Positions 31,965 through 42,354 are shown, numbered from the stretch's first letter. The stretch is DNA of 64,000 bases from Trichormus sp. ATA11-4-KO1 (GCA_019358915.1 JAHHIM010000004.1:32001-96000); one strand, 5' to 3'. Notes: generated by a model not told the origin, from the letters alone. Made by a program: numbers and translations.

Positions 31965-33734
31965 ATGCAATTAAGAGATTCTCTACGCCGGACAAAAATT
32001 GTTGCTACGATTGGTCCTGCCACTAGCAGCCCAGAAACGCTGAAGGCAATTATTGAAGCGGGTGCAACGACACTGCGGCTAAACTTCTCCCATGGTACTC
32101 ATGCCGACCATCAGCGTAATATTCGCTTAATTCGGCAAACTGCCTTTGAACTAAATCAGCCAGTGGCAATTCTCCAAGATTTGCAAGGGCCAAAAATTCG
32201 CTTGGGTCGATTTGAAAACGGGTCGATTATTTTGGCAAAAGGCGATCGCTTCACCTTGACAAATCGCCCAGTTATCGGTTCACAAGAAATTAGCTGTGTT
32301 ACCTACGATTATTTGGCTGAAGAAGTCCCAGTAGGTGCAAAAATCCTCCTTGATGATGGTCGAGTAGAAATGCTGGTGGAGGATATTAACCGCGATAAAG
32401 GCGATTTACATTGCCGCATTACTGTGCCAGGTAAGTTATCTAACAATAAAGGTGTCAACTTTCCTGGCGTTTACCTATCGATTAAGGCCATGACCGACAA
32501 AGACCGCGAGGATCTGGTGTTTGGTCTAGATCAAGGTGTAGACTGGGTAGCTCTTTCCTTTGTCCGCAACCCCCAGGACATGATCGAAATTAAAGAGCTA
32601 ATTTCTAGCACAGGCAAGCAGGTGCCAGTAATTGCCAAAATTGAAAAGCATGAAGCTATTGAACAAATGGAAGCGATTCTGGCTTTGTGCGATGGTGTGA
32701 TGGTTGCCAGAGGTGACTTAGGAGTAGAACTGCCTGCTGAGGATGTACCTGTACTGCAAAAGCGGCTAATTGCCACGGCAAATCGCTTGGGAATTCCCAT
32801 CATTACAGCCACCCAAATGTTGGATAGCATGGTAAACAATCCCCGTCCCACACGTGCTGAAGTATCGGATGTGGCTAATGCGATTTTAGATGGCACGGAT
32901 GCGGTGATGCTTTCTAATGAAACTGCTGTAGGTAACTACCCAGTAGAAGCAGTGGCAACAATGGCACGGATTGCTGAACGCATGGAGCAAGAAGAAGTCA
33001 ATCATCCAGCAGTCCGCCCACAAAGAGATGATCGGCGTTCTATTCCTAATGCTATTAGTCAAGCTGTGGGGCAAATTGCTGAACAGTTGGGAGCGGCAGC
33101 AATTATGACTCTAACGCAAACAGGAGCAACTGCCCGTAATGTCTCTAAGTTCCGTCCTCACACACCAATTTTGGCGGTGACACCCCATGTGAATGTGGCC
33201 CGACAGTTACAGATGGTGTGGGGAGTCAAACCATTATTAGTACTGGGGTTACCTTCCACTGGACAAACATTTCAAGCTGCTATCAATGTGGCTCAAGAGC
33301 ATAAGTTTTTGTTTGAGGGTGATTTGGTGGTGATGACTGCTGGCACACTCCAAGGTGTTTCCGGCTCAACGGATTTGGTGAAGGTTGAGGTGGTGACAGC
33401 AGTGCTAGGTCAAGGAATTGGACTAGGACAGGGTTCGGTAAGTGGCCGCGCTAGAGTGGCTCACACTGGTATGGAAGTTAGTAATTTTAACCCTGGTGAT
33501 ATTTTGGTTGCACCCCGCACTGGGGCTGATTTTGTCGAGGCGATTCGCAAAGCTGCTGGGATTATTACGGAAGATGAAAGTCTCACAAGTCATGCAGCAG
33601 TCATTGGTATGCGTCTGGGTGTGCCTGTAATTGTAGGGGTAAAGACGGCGACACAGGTAATTCGTGATGGAGCGATTTTGACGCTGGATCTGCAACGGGG
33701 TTTAGTTTACTCTGGGGCGGTGGGAACTCCGTAA
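31965..33734 (+). CDS. pyk: Pyruvate kinase with C-terminal PEP-utilising domain
   Basis: RRTKIVATIGP, RLNFSHG, MVARGDLG, TATQML; SHAAV in the tail domain. Confidence 0.97.
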   Translation: MQLRDSLRRTKIVATIGPATSSPETLKAIIEAGATTLRLNFSHGTHADHQRNIRLIRQTAFELNQPVAILQDLQGPKIRLGRFENGSIILAKGDRFTLTNRPVIGSQEISCVTYDYLAEEVPVGAKILLDDGRVEMLVEDINRDKGDLHCRITVPGKLSNNKGVNFPGVYLSIKAMTDKDREDLVFGLDQGVDWVALSFVRNPQDMIEIKELISSTGKQVPVIAKIEKHEAIEQMEAILALCDGVMVARGDLGVELPAEDVPVLQKRLIATANRLGIPIITATQMLDSMVNNPRPTRAEVSDVANAILDGTDAVMLSNETAVGNYPVEAVATMARIAERMEQEEVNHPAVRPQRDDRRSIPNAISQAVGQIAEQLGAAAIMTLTQTGATARNVSKFRPHTPILAVTPHVNVARQLQMVWGVKPLLVLGLPSTGQTFQAAINVAQEHKFLFEGDLVVMTAGTLQGVSGSTDLVKVEVVTAVLGQGIGLGQGSVSGRARVAHTGMEVSNFNPGDILVAPRTGADFVEAIRKAAGIITEDESLTSHAAVIGMRLGVPVIVGVKTATQVIRDGAILTLDLQRGLVYSGAVGTP

Positions 33735-33764
33735 TTCGTAATTCGTAATTCGTAATTCGTAATT
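33730..33764 (+). repeat. STRR (CGTAATT)x5
   Basis: Perfect tandem array overlapping the pyk stop. Confidence 0.9.
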
Positions 33765-33782
33765 ATGGATTTTTAGAAAAAT

Positions 33783-34370
33783 CTACTCTGGTTGATTTTC
33801 AAATTCCACTTTTTCGTAAATCTGGCGATGGGGAATTTGGCTGTTTGCGGAAGCTAAGGTTAAAATTCCATCTGCATCGTCAGATTCTTTAAATAGCCAG
33901 TTACCTTCTGGAGTTTTGCTGAATTGCTCAATATGAATTTGATATTGGTCAATTAATATATATTCTAGGAATTCGGGGATGGAACGGTAATAAGTAAATT
34001 TATCTCCTCTATCTCTACTACTAGTAGATTTAGAAAGTACCTCAAAAATAATGCTAGGATTTAGCACTGTGTCAGTGCGTTGTTCTGGGAAGATGGCTTC
34101 ATCTTTGATGATGAGAATATCCGGATATGTGTATTCTCGGTATCGAGGAATCCATAGGCGGAGGTCACTAAGGAATACTTCATAAGGCTGTTCTTGCAAG
34201 CTTAGTTCCAGAAGTCTACTCAAGTTGCGGATAATTCGGTTGTGATTAATTGAGCCTCCTGTCATGGGTACAATTTCCCCATTGCGGTATTCGCTGCGAT
34301 ACTCAGATGTCTCTTCATGTAACAGGTATTCTTCTATAGAATGTTGGCGGGGGGGCGTTTGCACAACCAT
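33783..34370 (-). CDS. Uma2-family endonuclease-like protein
   Basis: EYRNGEIVPM, YPDI, EVLSKST, EYILIDQ. Confidence 0.9.
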   Translation of the reverse strand: MVVQTPPRQHSIEEYLLHEETSEYRSEYRNGEIVPMTGGSINHNRIIRNLSRLLELSLQEQPYEVFLSDLRLWIPRYREYTYPDILIIKDEAIFPEQRTDTVLNPSIIFEVLSKSTSSRDRGDKFTYYRSIPEFLEYILIDQYQIHIEQFSKTPEGNWLFKESDDADGILTLASANSQIPHRQIYEKVEFENQPE

Positions 34371-34416
34371 AGGATTTCTTTGTGAGGTCTTGAGCAAGAT
34401 AACTTTAGCCTAACAT

Positions 34417-35511
34417 TCATAAATACCATGATAAAACTTCGGCGGTAGCAAGTCCGGTTTTTTTCCAACTAAATTGATTTGCTCTATTTATACCTTGAAT
34501 GGAAAGGCGCGATCGCAATACTGCATCCCCAGCTATAATCTGCATCGCCTCGTTAATTTCTGCGATGTTGTAGGGATTGATTAAAATAGCTGCATCGCCA
34601 GCAACTTCTGGAAGAGAGGAGAGGTTAGAGGTAATTACCGGAGTCCCACAAGCCATTGCTTCTAGGACAGGGAAACCAAAACCTTCCCAGAGACTAGGGA
34701 AGACAAGAGCGATCGCCTCATTAATAATTTTTGGCAATTCGCTATGAGATACATAGTTGAGAAACTTCACTTGGTGAGTTATCCCCAGTTCTGCAACCTG
34801 CGTTTGTAAAGCTGGTGTATAACGCGGATCGATGGGGCCTGCTAGCCATAGTTCGTATTCGCCTCTGTTTGGTAATGCAGCAAAAGCCGCAATTAGGCGA
34901 TATAGATTTTTATGAGGGTCATGTCGTCCAATGTAGAGAAAATAATTGCAGGTAGGTAGATTGAGAGAACGAAAGTGAGTGCGATCGTGAGCGAGGGGAA
35001 TGGGGGTAATTTTGTGGGCGGGAATTTGGTAAAAGTCGATGATATCCTTTGCTGTAGCGTGGGAATTACAAATAATATGTTGGGACTGTTTAAGGACTTG
35101 GGGAATATAGTAGCGATGGTATGGTGTCAAAGGTGAAAAGCGTTTGGGAAAGCGTAATGGTATTAAGTCGTGAGACATGACGACAAAACGACAGTTACTA
35201 TAAAGCGGCGCTTCCGGTAGAGGGGAAAACAACAGCCGCGATTTTAGTTGTTGATAGATTTGCGGTAATTGAAACTGTGTCCAGATCAGGCGATCGCAAT
35301 GCCCTTTTGTGCCTTGAGCAGGAGTAAGATTATTTGGGACTGGGTAGCAGTTAAATTTCGGGTTGTTTTGTGCTGTTAGTAGGGTGGGTTCTAGAGATTT
35401 TAAATAAGTAAAAATATTTTGAGCATACTTACTAATACCTGTGGGTTGAGGTAAGAGAATGGATAAGTTAATAATTAATTGATGAGAGCCGGAATTATTT
35501 GATAGTTTCAT
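34417..35511 (-). CDS. GT4 glycosyltransferase
   Basis: [27 protein letters not shown]. Confidence 0.92.
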   Translation of the reverse strand: MKLSNNSGSHQLIINLSILLPQPTGISKYAQNIFTYLKSLEPTLLTAQNNPKFNCYPVPNNLTPAQGTKGHCDRLIWTQFQLPQIYQQLKSRLLFSPLPEAPLYSNCRFVVMSHDLIPLRFPKRFSPLTPYHRYYIPQVLKQSQHIICNSHATAKDIIDFYQIPAHKITPIPLAHDRTHFRSLNLPTCNYFLYIGRHDPHKNLYRLIAAFAALPNRGEYELWLAGPIDPRYTPALQTQVAELGITHQVKFLNYVSHSELPKIINEAIALVFPSLWEGFGFPVLEAMACGTPVITSNLSSLPEVAGDAAILINPYNIAEINEAMQIIAGDAVLRSRLSIQGINRANQFSWKKTGLATAEVLSWYL

Positions 35512-35618
35512 TAAACAATAGTTCTATAAGCCTTTAATGTTGATTTTGCTGTTCTTTCCCAAGAAAATAATTTTGCTCTTTCTCTACCTTTATTAATTAA
35601 ATTTTGGTAATATAAAAC
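35511..35618 (-). pseudogene. 3' remnant of a deleted GT4 glycosyltransferase
   Basis: Translates to YQNLINKGRERAKLFSWERTAKSTLKAYRTIV*; its TAA overlaps the next ATG. Confidence 0.75.
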
Positions 35619-35677
35619 CCACCTCACTTGTTTTTTTATGGAGGTGGTATCAACTACAACCTTTAACATCAAAATCT

Positions 35678-36652
35678 TTAAGCTACGGCGTTGCTCAATT
35701 TTTTGAGGTCATAATCAACCATTAATTCAACCATTTGCTGAAAAGCATGTTGAGGTTGCCAACGTAATTTAGTATGAATTTTATTAATGGAACCAACTAA
35801 TTGTACTGGTTCATCAGGGCGATAGAATGCGGGGTCAACTGAGACATAATCTTGCCAATTTAGACCAACGCAGTTGAAAGCACACTCAACGAGTTCTCTC
35901 ACCGAATGAGTTTCACCACTGGCAATAATATAATCGTCTGGTTGTTCTTGTTGTAACATCAGCCACATAGCATAAACAGCATCTTTGGCGTAGCACCAAT
36001 CACGTCGGGCATCTAAGTTGCCTAATTTGAGTTCATTTGCCAACCCAAGTTTAATTTGGGCTGCTGCGTGGGTAATTTTGCGGAATACAAATTCTGTACC
36101 GCGTCGTGGGGATTCGTGTGTATAAGTAATACCGCAGCAGCCATAGAGGTTATATTTTTGCCGATAGTTGATAGTCATCCAGTGGGCGTAAGCTTTGGCA
36201 ACTCCGTAGGGGTTACGGGGACGAAAAGCAGTGCGTTCGGTTTGGGGTGATTCGTCTGGTTGACCAAAAACTTCACTACTAGAGGCTTGGTAAAATTTAG
36301 CATCTGGTTTGCAGCGACGGATTGATTCTAAGAGACGGGAAACACCGAGGGCTGTGTATTCGGCGGTGAGGGCTGGTTGAGTCCAAGAAAGGGGAACGTA
36401 GCTTTGAGAGGCGAGGTTATAGATTTCATCAGGTTGTGAGTCTGTAATTACGTCCATTAAGGAAGATTGATCTAGAAGGTCACCAGATACAATTTGAACA
36501 TTATCTGAAAGATGGCTAATGCGTTCTAAGTTGCTGGTGCTGGAACGGCGGACTAAGCCGAATACTTGGTAACCTTTTGTGATGAGAAGTTCGGCGAGAT
36601 AAGAACCATCTTGTCCGGTTAGTCCGGTGATTAGGGCTTTTTTAGATGTCAT
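35678..36652 (-). CDS. gmd: GDP-mannose 4,6-dehydratase
   Basis: ITGLTGQDGSYL, YQASSSE, PYGVAK, HESPRRG. Confidence 0.92.
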   Translation of the reverse strand: MTSKKALITGLTGQDGSYLAELLITKGYQVFGLVRRSSTSNLERISHLSDNVQIVSGDLLDQSSLMDVITDSQPDEIYNLASQSYVPLSWTQPALTAEYTALGVSRLLESIRRCKPDAKFYQASSSEVFGQPDESPQTERTAFRPRNPYGVAKAYAHWMTINYRQKYNLYGCCGITYTHESPRRGTEFVFRKITHAAAQIKLGLANELKLGNLDARRDWCYAKDAVYAMWLMLQQEQPDDYIIASGETHSVRELVECAFNCVGLNWQDYVSVDPAFYRPDEPVQLVGSINKIHTKLRWQPQHAFQQMVELMVDYDLKKLSNAVA

Positions 36653-36665
36653 CTGTTATTCAATA

Positions 36666-37076
36666 TTAATATTCTGGAGCTATGAGTTCTAATGTGGGAA
36701 AGTAAGTGCGATATCGATTAACGTCTCTTGTTAACAGAATCATATCCGCGATCGCCGCGTGAGCGCCAATATAAAAGTCAGGTAGAGGCGATCGTTTTGT
36801 TCCACCTTTTTGGCGATATTGCACAAAGCATTTTCCTGCCAGAAATCCTGCTTCCCAAGGTAAGTCTAAACGGTGAAAAAAATTTAGAGGTAAGATTGCT
36901 TCTAGTTGTTCTATATTGTGAAAGCCAATTGAAACTTCGGCATAAATAATGGGGTTAATGTTAAGTTGAGTCTGTTCAGCATATTTAATTAATTGATCAG
37001 CCGACCAATCAAACCAATTAGCATCTTCTGTGACAACATCAAGAATAATGTTACTGTCAACCAGTATTTCTTTCAT
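36666..37076 (-). CDS. vapC: PIN-domain VapC toxin
   Basis: LVDSNIILD, YAEVS, LPDFYIGAHA, LTRD. Confidence 0.9.
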   Translation of the reverse strand: MKEILVDSNIILDVVTEDANWFDWSADQLIKYAEQTQLNINPIIYAEVSIGFHNIEQLEAILPLNFFHRLDLPWEAGFLAGKCFVQYRQKGGTKRSPLPDFYIGAHAAIADMILLTRDVNRYRTYFPTLELIAPEY

Positions 37077-37303
37077 TGATCTTGTCTAGTTAGTGCCATT
37101 ATCTCATCGGTAGTCATTTTGACTGTTGCTTTACCTCGCATCCTTTCTACTAGATTTTGAGCAGAAGTGAAATGACCTTTAGCTTTTCTTAAGTAAACAG
37201 CATCTCCAATAACTTCAAACTCTACTTCTGTGTAGGGGAAAAGTCCTAGTTTTTCCCGTATTTCTACGGGAATAGTTACTTGTCCTTTAGATGTAATTCT
37301 CAT
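37073..37303 (-). CDS. AbrB/MazE-family antitoxin
   Basis: MRITSKGQVTIPVEIREKLG; 4-bp overlap with the toxin. Confidence 0.9.
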   Translation of the reverse strand: MRITSKGQVTIPVEIREKLGLFPYTEVEFEVIGDAVYLRKAKGHFTSAQNLVERMRGKATVKMTTDEIMALTRQDQ

Positions 37304-37315
37304 ATTTTTGCTCTC

Positions 37316-37335
37316 AAGTAAGAAAAGTTTTACTT
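37316..37335. promoter_or_regulatory. Inverted repeat, likely TA autoregulatory operator
   Basis: AAGTAA-N8-TTACTT just upstream of the antitoxin start. Confidence 0.45.
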
Positions 37336-37389
37336 TTAGTATTACATGGCTGAACCAGAGAATAAGTGGGACGATATAAATAATTCAAG

Positions 37390-37539
37390 GTTTGTAGTGT
37401 AAAGCCCTGACGGGCATAGCTGCGCTTACCGCGAAGCGTCTCGCAGAGAGGACTTTAGTCCTCTCTATTTCTGGTGGTTGACGCTGCGCTTACTGCACAG
37501 CTTTTTTGCAAAAAAGGGCTAAAGCCCTGACTACGAACT
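37390..37539. repeat. GTAG-type REP-like inverted pair with nested small repeats
   Basis: GTTTGTAGT...AGGACTTTAGTCCT and AGGGCTAAAGCCCTGACTACGAAC; left arm interrupted by about 50 bp of GC-rich repeats. Confidence 0.6.
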
Positions 37540-37606
37540 TATTTTTTTCATAACTTGAAATAGTTTGATATATTCCCGCCAACTTACTTAACAGAGTAGT
37601 AAATCT

Positions 37607-38461
37607 CTAGTGTGTCTTAGTCAGACATCGCCTTAAATACATTAACACCCCGCCCATTTTTCCTAGTGATACTTGAGGTTTGACAGCAATTAAAATAATT
37701 GCGTACACAATAAGCCGAGTGAATCTGATTGTTTGCACTGCTGGATTTGTATATTTTTCTAATGTTATTAAATAGCTATATGTACTATATTTAATTTTTA
37801 AATAAACATTTCTATTCGTAATTGAAGAGGGTTGATGTATCACATTGAAATGCTTGGTTACTGCAATTACATGTCCTTGATGGGCATAGCGTTGACAAAA
37901 ATCAAAATCCTCATAGTATAAAAAGTAAGCAGGGTCAAATAAAGGAGTTGCAGAAAATTTCCGTAAATTAATTATTAGGCTACAGCCTGAAACCCAGTCA
38001 CAAGTAACATAAGATTTATCTGTATGTGTTAACAAGTCTTCATGAAGAATTGCACCTGTTCTAGGAATAAAGCGACCACCTGCAAACCAAACTTCATCTT
38101 TAGGAGTATAAATAATAGTGCCAAGAATTGATAACTCTGAATGAGAATTAAAAAATATATTAACTTCTGCTAGATAATTTTTTGGTAAATAAGCATCTGG
38201 ATTAATTATCCAAATAATTGCTTGCTTATCTTGATTAAAAATATATTGTATACCTAAGTTGCAAGCATTACCAAAGCCAATATTTTCTTCAGCATGTATA
38301 ATCTGCACATATTCACTTTGGATATTGTTAATATCAGTATCTTCAGAAGAATTATTGATTACTAAGACTTTGTAAGCAATATCTTGGTTTGCTGGTAATG
38401 AATTGATTAATTTAGTTAAGAGATGCGTAGAATAATAGTTAACTGTTAAAAAGTAAATCAT
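37607..38461 (-). CDS. GT2 glycosyltransferase (rhamnosyltransferase-like)
   Basis: NIGFGNACNLG, INPD, SGCSL, YFLYYEDFDF. Confidence 0.88.
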   Translation of the reverse strand: MIYFLTVNYYSTHLLTKLINSLPANQDIAYKVLVINNSSEDTDINNIQSEYVQIIHAEENIGFGNACNLGIQYIFNQDKQAIIWIINPDAYLPKNYLAEVNIFFNSHSELSILGTIIYTPKDEVWFAGGRFIPRTGAILHEDLLTHTDKSYVTCDWVSGCSLIINLRKFSATPLFDPAYFLYYEDFDFCQRYAHQGHVIAVTKHFNVIHQPSSITNRNVYLKIKYSTYSYLITLEKYTNPAVQTIRFTRLIVYAIILIAVKPQVSLGKMGGVLMYLRRCLTKTH

Positions 38462-39534
38462 GTCAGTTCAATTTGACAATCATCACCAATTAAAAATCGT
38501 ATAGCTTTAGGACGACGGGGGGCAATAGTCAATTGTGCGCGTTGCCCAATGACACTATCAATAATACGCTGATTAATTCCCACAATTTTCGCACCTTCTA
38601 AAATTACGCTGTGTTCTAAATCGGTATCAATCAGCGTTGTATAATTAGCAATGCTACTGTAGGGGCCAATAAAGCAGTTTTCTAAATAACAGCCGCTACC
38701 AATCACTACTGGCCCGCGAATTGTACAATTGATAATTTGAGAATTAGTATCAATTTGGACTCGCCCAATAATCTGACTTTTGTCATCAACTTCGCCTAAA
38801 TTAGATGTTTTTAAACAAGTATCGAGAATCAAACGGTTAGCTTCTAGTAAATCATCTTTTTTACCGGTATCTAGCCACCAACCATATAGCTTACAGGCTA
38901 CAACTTGTTTCTGTTGGTCTATTAAACATTGAATAGCATCGGTGATTTCTAACTCGCCTCTATTTGAAGGTTGGATCAGAGAAATGGCATCATGGATAAT
39001 AGGGGAAAAGAAATAAACCCCTACCAATGCTAAATTTGATGGGGGCACTTTGGGTTTTTCAATTAATTCTAATACCCGCCCTGTATCATCTACCTTAGCT
39101 ACACCAAAAGCGCTAGGATTAACAACTTCACGCAGCAGAATTAAGGCTTCTGGTTGTTGTTGGATAAATTCTTGTAAAAAGTAGCTTAAATCACCTTGTT
39201 GAATCAGGTTATCACCCAAATACATAATAAAGGGTGAATCTGCTAAAAAAGGACGGGCGACTGTAACAGCATGAGCTAGACCGGCTGGCTGGTCTTGTAA
39301 AATATAAGTGATTTTAGCTCCAAATAGTTCGCCATTTCCAGTTTTGCTTTGTACCTCTGCGCCTGTTTCTGGACTGATAATGATACCAATATCAGTAATA
39401 CCCGCCGCAACCATCTCTTCAATCCCATACCACAAAATTGGTTTATTGGCAACTGGAACGAGTTGTTTTGCGCCTGTATAGGTGAGTGGGCGTAAGCGTG
39501 TACCTTTACCGCCGGAGAGAATCAGTGCTTTCAT
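38458..39534 (-). CDS. rfbA: Glucose-1-phosphate thymidylyltransferase (long form)
   Basis: GGKGTRLRPLT, AKQLVPVANKP, RGELEITD, WLDTG. Confidence 0.93.
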   Translation of the reverse strand: MKALILSGGKGTRLRPLTYTGAKQLVPVANKPILWYGIEEMVAAGITDIGIIISPETGAEVQSKTGNGELFGAKITYILQDQPAGLAHAVTVARPFLADSPFIMYLGDNLIQQGDLSYFLQEFIQQQPEALILLREVVNPSAFGVAKVDDTGRVLELIEKPKVPPSNLALVGVYFFSPIIHDAISLIQPSNRGELEITDAIQCLIDQQKQVVACKLYGWWLDTGKKDDLLEANRLILDTCLKTSNLGEVDDKSQIIGRVQIDTNSQIINCTIRGPVVIGSGCYLENCFIGPYSSIANYTTLIDTDLEHSVILEGAKIVGINQRIIDSVIGQRAQLTIAPRRPKAIRFLIGDDCQIELT

Positions 39535-39539
39535 AGTGA

Positions 39540-40424
39540 TTAAGATTTAGAGAGCCAGTCTTTGAGCATTAATCTCAGTCTTTGTCGCCAGTGGGGGGGG
39601 TAAGTTCCTAAAACTTGTGATATCTTCCCACAAGCCAGGACAGGATAAGCAGGGCGACGGGCTAAGGTGGGATATTCGGCGGTGGTGATGGGGATAATTT
39701 TTTGGGCTGTGAGGGGAAAGCCTAACTGTTGGGCTTCTTCAAAAATCGCCACGGCAAAATCGTACCAGCTAATAACGCCACTATTGGTATAGTGATATGT
39801 ATCGGCAATTTCTGGTGTTAATTGGGGTATCATCTGGGCAATAACATCAGCTATATCTTGCGCCCATGTGGGACTACCAATTTGATCAGTAACTACACCA
39901 ATTTCTGAGCGTTCTTTACCTAGTCGCAGCATGGTTTTGACAAAGTTACTTTTGCCAAATGTGCCGTAAACCCAAGCTGTGCGAAGAATAATATGATGGG
40001 GATGAGTTTGTTGAATTGCTATTTCTCCCGCTAGTTTGGTTTTCCCGTAAATACCTAAAGGGTTGGTTGCATCAGTTTCTTGGTATGGGCGACTTTGCTG
40101 TCCATCAAATACGTAATCTGTGGACAAGTGAATTAAAAAACAGCCGAGTTCTTGGCTGGCTTCGGCGATAATTTGGGGGGCTGTAGCATTAATAGCTGTT
40201 GCTAGTTCGGGTTCGGTTTCGGCTTTATCTACAGCAGTGTAAGCGGCGGCGTTAATGATTATTTGTGGTTGGATTTCTCTGATGATTTGACACAGGTGAT
40301 CAGGTTGGGTGAGGTCTATTTCGGGGCGTGCAAGTGGGATGATTTTATGATTGGGTGCAAGGATTTTTTCTAATTCTTGACCTACTTGACCATTACTACC
40401 CAGTAGTAAGATTGATTCACTCAT
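39540..40424 (-). CDS. rfbD: dTDP-4-dehydrorhamnose reductase
   Basis: GSNGQVG, AAAYTAVDKAE, STDYVFDG, YGKTK. Confidence 0.95.
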   Translation of the reverse strand: MSESILLLGSNGQVGQELEKILAPNHKIIPLARPEIDLTQPDHLCQIIREIQPQIIINAAAYTAVDKAETEPELATAINATAPQIIAEASQELGCFLIHLSTDYVFDGQQSRPYQETDATNPLGIYGKTKLAGEIAIQQTHPHHIILRTAWVYGTFGKSNFVKTMLRLGKERSEIGVVTDQIGSPTWAQDIADVIAQMIPQLTPEIADTYHYTNSGVISWYDFAVAIFEEAQQLGFPLTAQKIIPITTAEYPTLARRPAYPVLACGKISQVLGTYPPHWRQRLRLMLKDWLSKS

Positions 40425-40962
40425 ATACTTCCGCGCTTCTAAATGGCTGACCGTTGCTATCTTTAGCTGATAATATTGGTTGTTCTGTGATCGGCCAATC
40501 TATAGCTAAATCTAGATCATTCCATAGAATAGTGCGATCGCCTTGAGGTGCGTAATAATCTGTAGTTTTGTAAATAACTTCAGCAACTTCTGATAGCACG
40601 AGAAAACCGTGAGCAAAGCCTGGTGGTATCCACAGTTGGTGTTTATTCTCAGCGCTGAGTTCATAACCTACCCATTGTCCGAAGGTAGGGGAGTTTTTTC
40701 TTATATCTACAGCTACGTCAAAGATGGTACCAACAATGGCACGAACGAGTTTACCTTGGGGTTGGATAATTTGGTAGTGCAGTCCGCGTAGGACATTTTG
40801 TTGGGAAGCCGAGTGGTTGTCTTGGACGAAGTTAACGGTAATACCCAACTTGTCTACAAATTTTTGGTGATTGTACGATTCCAAGAAAAAACCACGTGAG
40901 TCAGTGAATACTTGCGGTTCGATGAGGTAAATATCAGGGATTTCAGTGGATATAAGTTGCAC
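40417..40962 (-). CDS. rfbC: dTDP-4-dehydrorhamnose 3,5-epimerase
   Basis: DSRGFF, VQDNHS, LRGLHYQ, PPGFAHGF; GTG start inferred. Confidence 0.95.
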   Translation of the reverse strand: MQLISTEIPDIYLIEPQVFTDSRGFFLESYNHQKFVDKLGITVNFVQDNHSASQQNVLRGLHYQIIQPQGKLVRAIVGTIFDVAVDIRKNSPTFGQWVGYELSAENKHQLWIPPGFAHGFLVLSEVAEVIYKTTDYYAPQGDRTILWNDLDLAIDWPITEQPILSAKDSNGQPFRSAEVYE

Positions 40963-40996
40963 GGGTGTTGATGCTACTGGTATTGGCAAGAATAAT

Positions 40997-41464
40997 TTAG
41001 CACATAACATTTCTCCACGTGTGAGCTTCAGCAAAGCGGCTTAAATGCTTGACATTTGTAGTTGCGATTACAACGTAACGACCAGGAAATTCTTGTTTAA
41101 ATTCTTGCCACTGGCTACAGATAATAATGTCAATATCAAGGCTTTTGTTGTCTGCTGTTGGGATACCTTGACTACGAGCAGATGCCCAAAGCGAGGAGGC
41201 TTGTATTAATAATGAAGAAGAAACAGGCAAAAAATCAATTATTTCTCTGATGTTATTTAAATTTTCTATATTTTGAAGATGAGGTTTACGCTTAGTTTCC
41301 AAAATTAGGCTTCTTCTTACTTCATAATCACATAAATCTGACAAACACACATACACACCTTGAGAAAGCAAGCTGTATAACCATTGCTCACAATCACTAG
41401 TTTCACCAATTTTATTAGGATTTACAAGTATTCCCAGTACACCAGAGTCAATCAAAACAATCAT
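40997..41464 (-). CDS. PIN-domain toxin-like protein
   Basis: LIDSGVLG, DYEVRR, LDIDIII, ATTNVKHL. Confidence 0.85.
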   Translation of the reverse strand: MIVLIDSGVLGILVNPNKIGETSDCEQWLYSLLSQGVYVCLSDLCDYEVRRSLILETKRKPHLQNIENLNNIREIIDFLPVSSSLLIQASSLWASARSQGIPTADNKSLDIDIIICSQWQEFKQEFPGRYVVIATTNVKHLSRFAEAHTWRNVMC

Positions 41465-41847
41465 GATTGTGAATATAACTTTTGTCCTGGAGACCTTTGT
41501 GCATCAATTATTTGCTTAAATTCCTCAAAAAATTCTTCCCGTTCTCTGGCTTCTTCCTCAGACATATTGTGATGTTTTTCTATACGTTTAGCTAAAAGTG
41601 TGATCGCTTTTTGGTTTTTCTGTATTTGCTGCTCTTTATCCCATCCTGATTGACTAAAGTTTCCTGTTTTCCCTTTATCTAATTCCAAAATTTTTTTCAA
41701 ACTTTGAACATCTGATACTTCTAAGTTAATAGGATTAGGATATCCTTCTAAAATTAGTTGATAATTACTATTGCTATCTGGAATAAGAGCAATAAAACGA
41801 GCTATATCTAGTATTTTGCCGCTAGGTAGTTCTACTGTTGTGTTCAT
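41461..41847 (-). CDS. Putative antitoxin coupled to the PIN gene
   Basis: ATGA overlap; acidic C-terminus ending IDAQRSPGQKLYS. Confidence 0.7.
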   Translation of the reverse strand: MNTTVELPSGKILDIARFIALIPDSNSNYQLILEGYPNPINLEVSDVQSLKKILELDKGKTGNFSQSGWDKEQQIQKNQKAITLLAKRIEKHHNMSEEEAREREEFFEEFKQIIDAQRSPGQKLYSQS

Positions 41848-41960
41848 GAACAATATTTTATAGTAGTTACATATATATTTTACTGATTTGACTACTAAAT
41901 TTGGGCAGTCCAAACTGGAGAGAAATTTTTTCGTGCGCTAGTACAGTGCTGACTTATCAA

Positions 41961-42329
41961 TTAGTTTTTCCATACTACTAATATAACTCCGCCCATAATG
42001 AAACTCAAACCTACTATACGAGTAATGGGAACGCTTTCTTTGAATAAAAAGTAACCTAGTAATACAGAAAAAACATAAACTAATGATACGGATGGGCCAG
42101 CTATGCTGAGATTAACTCTGGTCAAGAGGAGAATATAGGCTAAAGCACCTAAAGCGTAAAAAGCTAATCCTCCCATTAATTCAGGTATCGTGATAATACG
42201 AATAATGTGACTAACAGCATTATCAATACTAACTTTTCCTAACTTTGTTGCTCCTGTTTTTAAGAAAAATTGCCCTGCCACACTGGTTAAAACTGACATA
42301 AGCAATAAACAAAATTCTTGCAGTGTCAC
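41961..42329 (-). CDS. EamA/SMR-type small membrane protein (ArnE/F-like flippase)
   Basis: Four hydrophobic segments, AGQFFLK, FLFKE. Confidence 0.8.
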   Translation of the reverse strand: MTLQEFCLLLMSVLTSVAGQFFLKTGATKLGKVSIDNAVSHIIRIITIPELMGGLAFYALGALAYILLLTRVNLSIAGPSVSLVYVFSVLLGYFLFKESVPITRIVGLSFIMGGVILVVWKN

Positions 42330-42354
42330 AGTGATTTCCTCATAATAATTGATA

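Noticed and set aside
33400..33734. Extra domain on pyruvate kinase as a novelty
   Set aside because: A known feature of cyanobacterial and Bacillus enzymes.
40963..41034. Longer rfbC start
   Set aside because: It overlaps the PIN gene; GTG 40962 gives the normal length.
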